A stretch of 64,000 bases of DNA, from positions 1 to 64,000 of IMG/VR virus record IMGVR_UViG_3300005673_000003; one strand, written 5' to 3'. Both the position numbers and the translations under genes were made by a program. Each line of letters opens with the position of its first letter. Position 1 is the stretch's first letter. Of the stretch, positions 29,301 to 36,847 are shown in pieces. This DNA comes from a virus. The notes under the pieces were generated by a model. It was not told the DNA's origin and searched no databases. It saw nothing but the letters and a program-made list of their open reading frames with translations.

Positions 29301-32300
29301 TAACTTGAATAATGGAGGGTAGCTGCCCTTTGAAGGTAATTGCCTGCTGAGTCAGGAACTGCAACCCACCTTTAGCAGCGGCCATAGAAAGAGATGCAAT
29401 ACCACCGGAAACCTGTCGTGTAGCTGCCAGCATCGAAGGAATCTGACCCTTAAACGCAACCGCTTGCTGGCTTAAGAATCCAAGCCCTTGGCCCATTGCC
29501 GCTTTACTTAGCGCTGGCAATTGAGCAGTAAGCGATTTTGCTCCCTGGACGATCGCGGGAATCTGGCCCCTGAAGTTTCCAGCTTGCTCCAGAATCCCTT
29601 TGCCGACATTCTTCAGCGAGGGCAGCGCATTTCGCAGGCTACCAATCCCATCAATCAGCGAGGATACAGCCAGCAAGGGAGTCGCTAATCCCGGAGCAAA
29701 GCCGCTGAGTGCTACTCCTATGCCGCTCACCGCTTGATTAGTAGAGGCCAGCATTCGCTTCTGATGAATAGCTACTTTACCCTCCAGCTCTGCCATCGCA
29801 CTAATAGCCAGCCGAGCGTCAGGGGGATGCACGATTGGTGCTGGGATAACTGGAGCGGGATGGATAATTGATTGATTTATCGGCTTGATGACCGATTTCT
29901 CGATAGTCGATTTTTCGATGTTCGCGATGGGCGATTTTCCGACTATCGGGGATAGGGTATTTTTAACCTTCCCGGCGATACGCTCAGCATCTAACCCAAT
30001 CCCTTTCAGGATTCCACCTACAGCCGTTCTAGCTCCCGCAAAAATCCCCTTGATTGTTTCAGCTAGAGTTGCGGCGGCTGACCGGACAGCATCAAAAGCG
30101 AGTTTAGCCCCTTGCTCAATTCGCTCAAAGTCAAGCGTGACTGCTCCTGCAAGGATATTAAATATCCCCTGGATTAACTCCGCAGTCGAGCTGATAACTC
30201 CTAAGATTCCTTTGAAGACTGCAATACCTGCTTGCCCGACTCCGACCAATACCGTCCGCAGGCCCAGGAAATTAGTGGCGATCGCTACTCCAGCCAGCAC
30301 AACCCCAGCCATAATCGCAGTCACCGGAAGGAATGCAGCGCTAGCCGTCACTCCAAAGATGACAGCACCAATCCCAGCCAGCGAGAATTGCTTGGAGATG
30401 CCGCCGATGATACCCGTCAGGGAAGACACTCCAGCAGAGACAGTATCAACTCCTTTCTGGACGCTGCCAGCCAGGGCAGGCATGATGGCAGCACCAGCCG
30501 CCCGAATCATGGAGAATCTGCCAGATAGCCAGTTAGAGAAAATTGACCACTGCGCTTGCAATGGATTGGGAGCTAATTCAGCAACCGGAGATGCTTCTGG
30601 GGGCTTAACTCTGGCTTCTATCGCCTGGGTCACTACTTGCTGGATGGGCTGCACTACTGGAACTGGAGCAGGGGGAGGCTCAATAATTTGCTGTACTACA
30701 GGTTGTACTACAGGCTCAGGAGTAACCACCGGAGCGGCAGCTATGGCAGGTTTAGGCTCTGCTTTCTTGCTAGGCAATAATCGATTGATTCCTGCACCAA
30801 TGCCAGAGGCAACCTGTCCAGCCTTTTGGAATGGAGCTACCAGGAAGGTGGAGATAGTGCCTCCCATGCCAGCGATCGTCTTAGCTAAGCTGAGCGCTCC
30901 TGTCACCAGGAACCCGATTAGCGAGAGGATCTTGGTAAATGGGAACTCCAGCAAGCGTACTGTCAAGCCGATCCCCTGCCAAACCAAAGAGATTAGATTC
31001 AGCGGATTCAAGAGGCTTAGCACCCTCCCAGCCATGCCGCCGATAACGCCTATGACTCCTTCGAGCAAGCTCCGAATACCCAGAAAATCCTTAGCAAAAA
31101 TCAGATAGAGTGCTCCGACTGCCAATCCCACCCCGGCAATGATGGGCAGGAATGGAACTATCGCGGCCATCATTGGGGCCAGGGCAGAGACAGCAGTACT
31201 GCCCAGAGTTAGGACGCTGGCCCGGAGATTACCAACCAATCCAAGCACTGCTGGAAGCTGCCCCCTAAGCGCTCCCACTTGCCGGATTGCTATCTGGAAG
31301 CCGCCTTTTGCGGCGGTTGACCCAAGCTGAATTAATCGATTTGAGAATCCCTGAGTAGCCTGGAGGATAGCAGGAAGCTGGCCCCTAAGAGCGATTGCTT
31401 GGCGAGTAGCGATTTGCAGACCTCCCCTGGCAGCGGTTATGCCAAGCTGAGCGAATCTGCCGGAGAATGCCTGAGCAGTTTGCATCAGGGCGGGTAATCG
31501 GCCCCTAAGTATCCCAATCTGATTTACCGCAACCTGGAAGCCGCTCTTTGCAGTGCTTATGCCAATTTGAGCTATCTTGCCGGAAAAATCCTGAGCGAGT
31601 TGCTTGACCAATGGAAGCTGCCCTCTTAAAGCGATCGCTTGCCGTTCCATGAATCGCAACCCGCTCTTACCAGCAACCGCGCCCATGCCTGCAATCGAGC
31701 TGGCAATCTGCTTTGTCCCTGCCAGGATGCCGGGGAGCTGCCCCTTGAATGTAGTTGCCTGCTGGGAGAGGAAAGTTAACCCCTTGCCTGCAGCCAGCTT
31801 ACTTAACGCTGGGAGTTCAGCGGCTAATGATTTGGCACCGGATACGATCGCAGGAATCTGACTCTTAAAGCTGCCAGCCTGCGTCAGCAATTCTTTCCCG
31901 GTATTCTTGAGCGATGGCAGCGCACCTTTTAGCCCTGATACCCCATCAATCAGCGAGGATACCGAGAGGATAGGCGCGGCTAATCCAGGAGCGAATCCGC
32001 TTAAGGCTACTCCCACCGAGCTTACAGCTTGGTTTGTAGAGGCCAGCATTCGAGTCTGACGCCCTGTGACCTCATGCTCTAATTTTGTCAAGGCATTAAG
32101 AGCTTGATGAGTATCAGGTGGTTTTACCTCTATTTTTGAAACTGCTGGCGGGAGTAGCTTTGGAGCTTCGATTGGAGAGTTTGCTAATCGAATAATTGAT
32201 TGATTATTGACTGGCTTAGCTAAAGCTGGCAGGGTTGGCTCTGAAGGTAGAGCCAGGTTAGGAGTAGGGCGAGGAGTGAGGGATGGGGAGTGGGGAGTAG

Positions 32301-35300
32301 TAAGTAGCTGAGCAGGAGGCTGCACCGGAGCGGGAGTAGGAACGGGCTTGGCAGTAAGAACATCGGGAGCGTGAGGTACTTCTGTAGAAACTTTAGGAGC
32401 TTCCAAGGTTTCTACAACGGTTGCTCTTTTGCCAAACCCAAACTTAGATTTCACGGTTTCCACTGCTTTGGCGGGAGCAGTGGAGATAGAAGAAACTAGA
32501 TTTCTAAATTTCTGCTGTATCTGGTCGAGCAGGCTCATAAATCCTTTCCAGGCAGCTTCAGGAGCAGCGAGGACGGAGGCCATGAGAGCGGCGGCAGCGC
32601 TGGCAGATGATTCAATGAAGTGGAATACTGCCTGTCCGGTCTTGCCGATGAATTGCAGCGATGCGGCTGGAGCTTTGAAGGTGATTGCGATCGCTCCAAA
32701 GGTGCCTCTGATGATGCCTTCTAACCCCTCGAAAACACCTTGCAGTAACTGCGCTGCACCCCGGAAGACTCCGGTTAGGGCATTAGCTACTCCCTGCCCG
32801 ATTCGTAAAATGCCGGAGAATGCGAGATGCGCGGCTTCCTGGATGGCACTGAAATCACCTCTGATAGCAGAACCGATGGAAGTAAAGATCTGCACTACTC
32901 CCTTTGCAGTCTGCACCAGCCCTTGAATGATTTCATAAATCCCTCGGCCCAGTGATCCGATAATTTGGATCACTCCTCCCAGGACGGTACGCAAGCCCAG
33001 GAAGTTGGTAGCGATCGCCAATACTGTGAGCGCTATCCCTCCCAGGATTAAAAGCATCGGAGAAAAGGCACCCAATGACGCAATCCCGAATAACCCTACC
33101 CCGAACGATAAGCCGCTCATGGTCTTACTGATTCCGTCGAGCGCTCCTGAGAACTTAGCGCTGAATCCGGTTGCCAGCTCGAATACCCCTGATAACCGCT
33201 CCTTGAGCTTGTCGATTAGCGGCTGTACGCCTGTTTCTACCGCTTTGCCGATGGGAGTTAGTTCAGCTTGCTTAATCCCAGCATCCCAGGTTGCTTTGAC
33301 TGCCCCTACCAGTTGCGTGATAGCGGCTTGCACCAGTGGAGCATTAGCCTGAATGGATGCTGCCTGCTGAGCAATCACTTGGGTTACAACCGGGGTCACA
33401 GATTGTTCTGGAATGACTGGAGCAGGCAGTACCGGAGCAGGTAAGCCCGGAATTGTTTGCTGCAAGAATTGATTGATTTGCCCGGTTATCCCTGCCAGGT
33501 CAACGCTGGGGGCTGGGATAGGAGGCATCTCAATTTGGGGGAAGGTAAATTTGGGTGCTTCTGGTGTTCCAGTATTGATGACGGGATTACCGGGAGCAGG
33601 CACCGGAGCGGCTAATGCTGGCGCGAGAGCTGGGGTTTGCTGATTGAAAAATTGATTGATTTTATCGGTGACTCCAGAAAGATCTACTACTGGCACCATT
33701 GCCATGCCAGGGATCTTCCCAGTCAATGGCGCTTGCTCTACTACCTCTGCTAAGGGCTGAGCGACCGCAGTTTTGATCTCTCTTGCATCCTCTTTTTTGC
33801 GCAGGAAGGGAGGGATGATATTTTCAAAACTATCCTTAATGCTATTGGGCACAGCCATCAAAATATCAGTCAGCCAGCCTGCGAAAATCCTCCAAAGAGT
33901 CTTGATTGAATCGATTGCGGCATTAGCGATGCTTGGGAGGATCATGAACGGGAAAGCGATCGCCCTCCCAATCATCTGCCCAACGATTTCGCCTGATGCT
34001 GCCATTTTGGTGAAGGAGGCGATCGCCATTCCAACCGCTTCCCCAATGCCGCCAAATGCCGCTTGCATTGCTCCGGTGAATGGGGATAGAGCTACCGTTG
34101 CCACCTCGATCGCTGGCTTTAACCCCTGGTAAATTCCCTCTGCAATCCCTTTGACTAATCCCCAGACAAATCCCAAGGGAGCAACGATTGCGCTCAGTAC
34201 AGTACCCAGGACATTGATTCCAGGGGTCAGATACTCGATTGCAGCATACAGGCCCAGAATTGCTCCAATCGCTAGCGTGACCGGATTAAAGATCAGCGCC
34301 AGCGCTCCAGTAATAAATCCGGTCACGGTGGTTGCCAGCCCAGTAAAACCTCCCCCCAGAGCGACCAGGGCACCCATTAATCCCTGCTCCCCAATCGCAA
34401 CGGTAACAGTCTGGAAAAATCCAGTCAGGGGGATTAGCCCAGTTCGCATAACGGTGGAAGCGATACCAGCTTCAGCTATCGCTGCTTGCAGTCCAAAGAA
34501 AGCAGCGGCTGCAGTACCTAGAACGACTGCTAGCGAGGCGATTCCAGCGGTCAGAGTTGCAGCAATAGCGATTGAATTTTTGATTGGATCTGGGAGGCTT
34601 AGGAAAGTGCGGATCAGTTGCGAAATAGTATCTACAGTAGTTTTTATTGCAGGATTAAGAGCTTCCATGAATTGAATTTTTAAGCCCTCAATCGCAGAGG
34701 AAAGAGAGCGCATAGAGCCACCGATGCCGGATTCCATGATTCCCGCTTGACGCTTTGCCGCTCCTTCTCCCTGACTGGAAGCAAGAGCATCTCTGGTCAT
34801 GCTTCTAATATCTTTGGTATGGGAGGCCAGGTAAGTTGCAGCGCTCGAACCTTCTGTACCAAAGATAGATTTCATCTTCTGGATTTTCTCGGCTTCCGTA
34901 AGCCCTGCCATACTGCGGTTTAATTCACCGAGTACCACATCAACCGATTTCAGTTTACCTGTGTCATCTACTGTCTCTACTCCCAGCTCTGCCATCGCAC
35001 TCTTGGCGCGAGTAGTGGGAGCAGCAAGGGAGGTAAAAACTGTTCTTAATGCAGTACCTGCCATACTGCCTTTAATCCCTGCATTCGATAGCAGGGCAGT
35101 CATAGCAGCGGTTTGCTCCAAGGTAGCTCCGTAGCTCTGAGCAGAAACACCCGCATACTTCAGCGTTTCGCCCAAGTCTGCTACTTCAAGCTGACCCGCT
35201 CCGGCAGCGTAGGCTAACACATCCGCGACATGGTTTGCTTTCCCTGCCTGCAACTGGAATTGACCCAAAGTGGAGACGGTAATATCGGTGGCTTGAGCTA

Positions 35301-36156
35301 ACCCCAGATTTCCGGCAGCGGCCAGGTTTAGCGTGCCTCCGATCGCAGCCATTTGCTGATCCACCTTGTACCCAGCTTGGGCCAGTAGCACAAAACCGCT
35401 AGCAGCTTCAGAGGCAGAGAATCGAGTTTCCGCGCCCAATTGCTTTGCTTTGGTGCGGATCTTATCCATATTGTCAGCGGTTGCCTGGAGCGGATCCAGA
35501 ACCGCTTTCACTTGCAGCATCTGATCATCGAAGCTCTTGAAGACATTGAAGCTATCAATGCCAGCGCCAATCAGAGGAGCAGCAACTTGCATCCCGGTAT
35601 CAGCAATACTTTGAGCAACCCCTTGCCGACGCTGAGCAATTACGGCAGAGCGTTGATTCTCATGCAAATCAATCTTGTCGCCTGCTATCCGCTGCTCCCG
35701 CTGCAACTGCGCTCTAAATTCGCGCTCCGCTGCTGTATCCCCCTGGATTTGCAACTCCAGCCGCTTCAATTCAGCGATATACTCAGCAACCGATTGCTTA
35801 GCCTGATGGAATGCCTTAGCATCCCCAATGTCTCCAAAATCGATATTTCTAGATTCTGCTCGGAGCGCTCGGAATTCCCCCTTGAGTGGCATCAGAGCTT
35901 TCCCAACAGAAGAAAGCGCGGTTCCAGTATGAGCAATATTGTTCGCTGCCTGCTTAGCGGCAGTCCCTGCTCCCTGGAAGGCAGACTTTAGCCCAGAGCC
36001 TAGATCTGATGATTTGACAATGGTAGCAACCCGCTTTACAGCATCCTCGATATTTTTTAGGCCGCGCTCTGATTTATCCATATTGCTGAGAGCGGCTGCT
36101 CCCAACTCGAAATCGAAGACCGCTTGTAACCCATATCTATCTTGATTGTCAGCCAT
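23344..36156 (-). CDS. Giant tail tape measure protein (~4,270 aa, TP901-type core; start reassigned to MADNQD)
   Basis: AKQLGAETRFSASEAA...LAQAG, LGETLKYAG, AGIKGSMAGTALR core; many NFLG(L/I)R repeats; C-terminal FAVGGLV...DSVPAMLTPGEYVVN. Confidence 0.93.
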   Translation of the reverse strand: MADNQDRYGLQAVFDFELGAAALSNMDKSERGLKNIEDAVKRVATIVKSSDLGSGLKSAFQGAGTAAKQAANNIAHTGTALSSVGKALMPLKGEFRALRAESRNIDFGDIGDAKAFHQAKQSVAEYIAELKRLELQIQGDTAAEREFRAQLQREQRIAGDKIDLHENQRSAVIAQRRQGVAQSIADTGMQVAAPLIGAGIDSFNVFKSFDDQMLQVKAVLDPLQATADNMDKIRTKAKQLGAETRFSASEAASGFVLLAQAGYKVDQQMAAIGGTLNLAAAGNLGLAQATDITVSTLGQFQLQAGKANHVADVLAYAAGAGQLEVADLGETLKYAGVSAQSYGATLEQTAAMTALLSNAGIKGSMAGTALRTVFTSLAAPTTRAKSAMAELGVETVDDTGKLKSVDVVLGELNRSMAGLTEAEKIQKMKSIFGTEGSSAATYLASHTKDIRSMTRDALASSQGEGAAKRQAGIMESGIGGSMRSLSSAIEGLKIQFMEALNPAIKTTVDTISQLIRTFLSLPDPIKNSIAIAATLTAGIASLAVVLGTAAAAFFGLQAAIAEAGIASTVMRTGLIPLTGFFQTVTVAIGEQGLMGALVALGGGFTGLATTVTGFITGALALIFNPVTLAIGAILGLYAAIEYLTPGINVLGTVLSAIVAPLGFVWGLVKGIAEGIYQGLKPAIEVATVALSPFTGAMQAAFGGIGEAVGMAIASFTKMAASGEIVGQMIGRAIAFPFMILPSIANAAIDSIKTLWRIFAGWLTDILMAVPNSIKDSFENIIPPFLRKKEDAREIKTAVAQPLAEVVEQAPLTGKIPGMAMVPVVDLSGVTDKINQFFNQQTPALAPALAAPVPAPGNPVINTGTPEAPKFTFPQIEMPPIPAPSVDLAGITGQINQFLQQTIPGLPAPVLPAPVIPEQSVTPVVTQVIAQQAASIQANAPLVQAAITQLVGAVKATWDAGIKQAELTPIGKAVETGVQPLIDKLKERLSGVFELATGFSAKFSGALDGISKTMSGLSFGVGLFGIASLGAFSPMLLILGGIALTVLAIATNFLGLRTVLGGVIQIIGSLGRGIYEIIQGLVQTAKGVVQIFTSIGSAIRGDFSAIQEAAHLAFSGILRIGQGVANALTGVFRGAAQLLQGVFEGLEGIIRGTFGAIAITFKAPAASLQFIGKTGQAVFHFIESSASAAAALMASVLAAPEAAWKGFMSLLDQIQQKFRNLVSSISTAPAKAVETVKSKFGFGKRATVVETLEAPKVSTEVPHAPDVLTAKPVPTPAPVQPPAQLLTTPHSPSLTPRPTPNLALPSEPTLPALAKPVNNQSIIRLANSPIEAPKLLPPAVSKIEVKPPDTHQALNALTKLEHEVTGRQTRMLASTNQAVSSVGVALSGFAPGLAAPILSVSSLIDGVSGLKGALPSLKNTGKELLTQAGSFKSQIPAIVSGAKSLAAELPALSKLAAGKGLTFLSQQATTFKGQLPGILAGTKQIASSIAGMGAVAGKSGLRFMERQAIALRGQLPLVKQLAQDFSGKIAQIGISTAKSGFQVAVNQIGILRGRLPALMQTAQAFSGRFAQLGITAARGGLQIATRQAIALRGQLPAILQATQGFSNRLIQLGSTAAKGGFQIAIRQVGALRGQLPAVLGLVGNLRASVLTLGSTAVSALAPMMAAIVPFLPIIAGVGLAVGALYLIFAKDFLGIRSLLEGVIGVIGGMAGRVLSLLNPLNLISLVWQGIGLTVRLLEFPFTKILSLIGFLVTGALSLAKTIAGMGGTISTFLVAPFQKAGQVASGIGAGINRLLPSKKAEPKPAIAAAPVVTPEPVVQPVVQQIIEPPPAPVPVVQPIQQVVTQAIEARVKPPEASPVAELAPNPLQAQWSIFSNWLSGRFSMIRAAGAAIMPALAGSVQKGVDTVSAGVSSLTGIIGGISKQFSLAGIGAVIFGVTASAAFLPVTAIMAGVVLAGVAIATNFLGLRTVLVGVGQAGIAVFKGILGVISSTAELIQGIFNILAGAVTLDFERIEQGAKLAFDAVRSAAATLAETIKGIFAGARTAVGGILKGIGLDAERIAGKVKNTLSPIVGKSPIANIEKSTIEKSVIKPINQSIIHPAPVIPAPIVHPPDARLAISAMAELEGKVAIHQKRMLASTNQAVSGIGVALSGFAPGLATPLLAVSSLIDGIGSLRNALPSLKNVGKGILEQAGNFRGQIPAIVQGAKSLTAQLPALSKAAMGQGLGFLSQQAVAFKGQIPSMLAATRQVSGGIASLSMAAAKGGLQFLTQQAITFKGQLPSIIQVSQQIAGSVAQIGVTAAKGGFQILTRQAIALKGQLPAVIGMIGSLRGSLITLATSAISAMAPMMAAMMPFLPIIAGIALASGVLYLAFRNNFQGIRVVVGGLFNLLGLVGGVIFRLINPINLLSIAWQGVSAAARTITSPFGAALSLIGFLLQGVQAVQQAIAQIGATISTFLISPFQKAGQVISGITKLIPGKPAEKASPSAPPVEQVTTPAPIAPMVPAPIAPTAPTVAAAPAPVITPVAAAPVAQPVVEQVIQPVIKPVVQPVTPPIAELSPQPLKAAWTGFADWLIGKFDSIQSVGASLMGNLMGSVKQGGDLMGAGIQSLSNAIGGVQHQFSVAGLGAILFGITASTAFLPFTLILGGAVLGAIALATNFLGLRTVIVGIGQAGVSVFQGILRVAMSAVEFIQGAFSILAGAITLDFERVEQGVKLVFSGLQNTLSAFAETIQGIFRGMRTAIGGILKGIGLDTDKLLGKVQAKNQSIIAPTPVQSAEKKPAIAQGIDHQAKIKALHSEALNSASNLSNSLAGMLGMVAPQFAAPLAGFAAITSNIEGLITSIPGIKTAFGAILPTLSSTAQLMSKLAVQGFGALIRYAPILRASVISMIPPLMSMGAAVVGALMPILPVIAAVGAAVAITTLVFKTNFLGIRSAVELTAKIFGILFNAVTFVLNPLNILQGIASGIAFALTSAAQMIQGAWEGFAGFFGNLMGGLVGMGAEAGQGLINALNHSPTVRIPIAWSEAVQKIGGGLTSLVDAGAQTGGKLTGVLGAAGPLISQGLSKGIDIVISGIGSLIDVIGKATQQFFTAGAGAVFFGVTASTALLPFLAIMGGVVLAGVAIATNFLGIRTALIGIGQAGFAVFRGILQIAASVAEMIKGAFSILAGAITLDFERIEQGAKLIFNGIKSALSSLAQTVEGVFAGMRTTIGGILKGIGIDTEKIMGGTKKAIAAPVNQSIHAAPVASPVKPAQAPKLPSQQENLKKLNAIHSQALSTASNMSNSMGGVLSVIAPQFAAPIMGFAALTSSVEGLMQSLPGLKTAFGAITPFIASAGRLLSSLAGQGFTLLIKLAPIVRASMLSMIPPLMSVGAAIGTALLPALPIIAAVGAAVAVGALIFKTNFLGIRTAIEFTTGVFGTLFNAITFILNPLNILQGIASGVANTLSFAAQLIQGAWQGFGDWFGGLMGGLVGMGVQAGQGLINALNHSPTVWIPIAWDKAIHQIGGGFVNLVSNAAKSGNILTGLFSGVASSVEGAMSSALHPVMANVHAAWDASFGGIYTSFKNFFGNIAASENKLTGTFSAIGSVLTDTVGKALNNLIWSVLAFGASALFSFSPVILLLAGVGVAIYLVSRNFLGLRSIFIGVMLAISGAFEGLAQIVLGVSDVIRGTLQTLVSLVRLDFQGMRDAIAQIFMGFGQVFDGTASIMRAVFSGATRAVQGMFQALGQVINTVAGAIGLSLQRPKQAWESFVRMLEAIEAKIRGIGEAISSSPVGKFVRGAANVVTGKVGTVPEGVTMAEFDSELNSKQPKPSLINRLFKKNAPPIATGVEAAATPAQPPEVQNSKNLDFQNSEEQARGAVGQAANAITSLVSVVNPALGGLLGTISMVFSSVISLAGAIPALVSGLAAMGGITGIVSAGFAALGSIASVAWAAITGPMLPFIAGIGLVAGAIYLLYQGFQNNFLGIRTLVDGVFGVINAIIGNFIGSVMGIANEVWQSFNSMINRIGAAIGRIIAPVIRVGQALMNALAPLFGGQGDGGLGQVFIGIAGAITNALLGPLKLVAWVLEGIFNVIGFVADAVSFVLTPVVEGLVAPFQLIANIVQGIVSAVANIGQFAANLPVVGALFGGGNTNPETPVQKFAVGGLVAGSGKTDSVPAMLTPGEYVVNPAASRLFAPILEQMNSGATSLLQMLPPIPIPIPQPVLAPAGASIGGAELPPIQINFGDININIEGGQDSQQSIRASAMEFLDMIEPQLKRAIVDILRSEVERTR

Positions 36157-36278
36157 ACTGCCCCAGCACGCAAAAAATAAGCACCGCAAAGAGGGTGCTC
36201 CTTGCAGTGCTGGTTCATATCTTAATTTTGTGAGGATTGCACTCCGGCATTCCTGCTCAGATTATATCAAGAGGCTAC

Positions 36279-36533
36279 TCAGCCGCTGACTCTATCGGCG
36301 TTGCTTCTGATGCCGATAGAGTCAATCATGTATTCCTTCCCAGGTTCAAAAAAGGCGAACGCACCAGGATTTAAGAGGCCCATTCGGAGCTGACCGCTGG
36401 GGGTGTACTTAAAGAATGAATCGTTCTCATCGCTGCCGCCTGTTACAGCTTCCAGACGGACTTCTCCATGATTCGGATCGTGAGTACTATGCTCTTTACT
36501 GATACAAACAAACTTTGCTCTAACTACTGTCAT
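36279..36533 (-). CDS. Conserved small phage protein (start MTVVRAKF)
   Basis: VRAKF...ENDSFFKYTPSG...FEPGKEY pattern; AAGGAG RBS and 12-mer at 36550. Confidence 0.7.
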   Translation of the reverse strand: MTVVRAKFVCISKEHSTHDPNHGEVRLEAVTGGSDENDSFFKYTPSGQLRMGLLNPGAFAFFEPGKEYMIDSIGIRSNADRVSG

Positions 36534-36559
36534 TTTTAGCTCCTTCGATAATTGATTGA

Positions 36560-36799
36560 TTAAGCTGCTTCCAAAAGGCATTGCAGCGATCGGCCCAACT
36601 CATTCTCAGCTATCTCGAATACTTCGGCAAGCGTCCTCCCAGAACCATCCTCAGAAAGTGATTTAACCCTCTGCATGAAATCATTGAACGCGCTAACCCC
36701 TTCTGGCGGCAAGGAGTAAATGTAGTCGATAAACTCTCCTCCCAATGGGCCGCACTGCTTAATGATTTCTGCTCTTTCTAATGGTTTCATAGGTATCAC
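36560..36799 (-). CDS. Hypothetical protein
   Basis: 12-mer at 36810 upstream. Confidence 0.6.
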   Translation of the reverse strand: MIPMKPLERAEIIKQCGPLGGEFIDYIYSLPPEGVSAFNDFMQRVKSLSEDGSGRTLAEVFEIAENELGRSLQCLLEAA

Positions 36800-36847
36800 C
36801 GATAGCGATAATTGATTGATTTCGAAAGGGGACGCGATCTGCTTTGA

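Noticed and set aside
23446-36145. Many plus-strand ORFs opposite the tape measure gene (e.g. 29885-31108, 23564-24292)
   Set aside because: Shadow ORFs caused by the Ala/Gly/Ile codon bias of the real gene; no RBS or recognisable motifs
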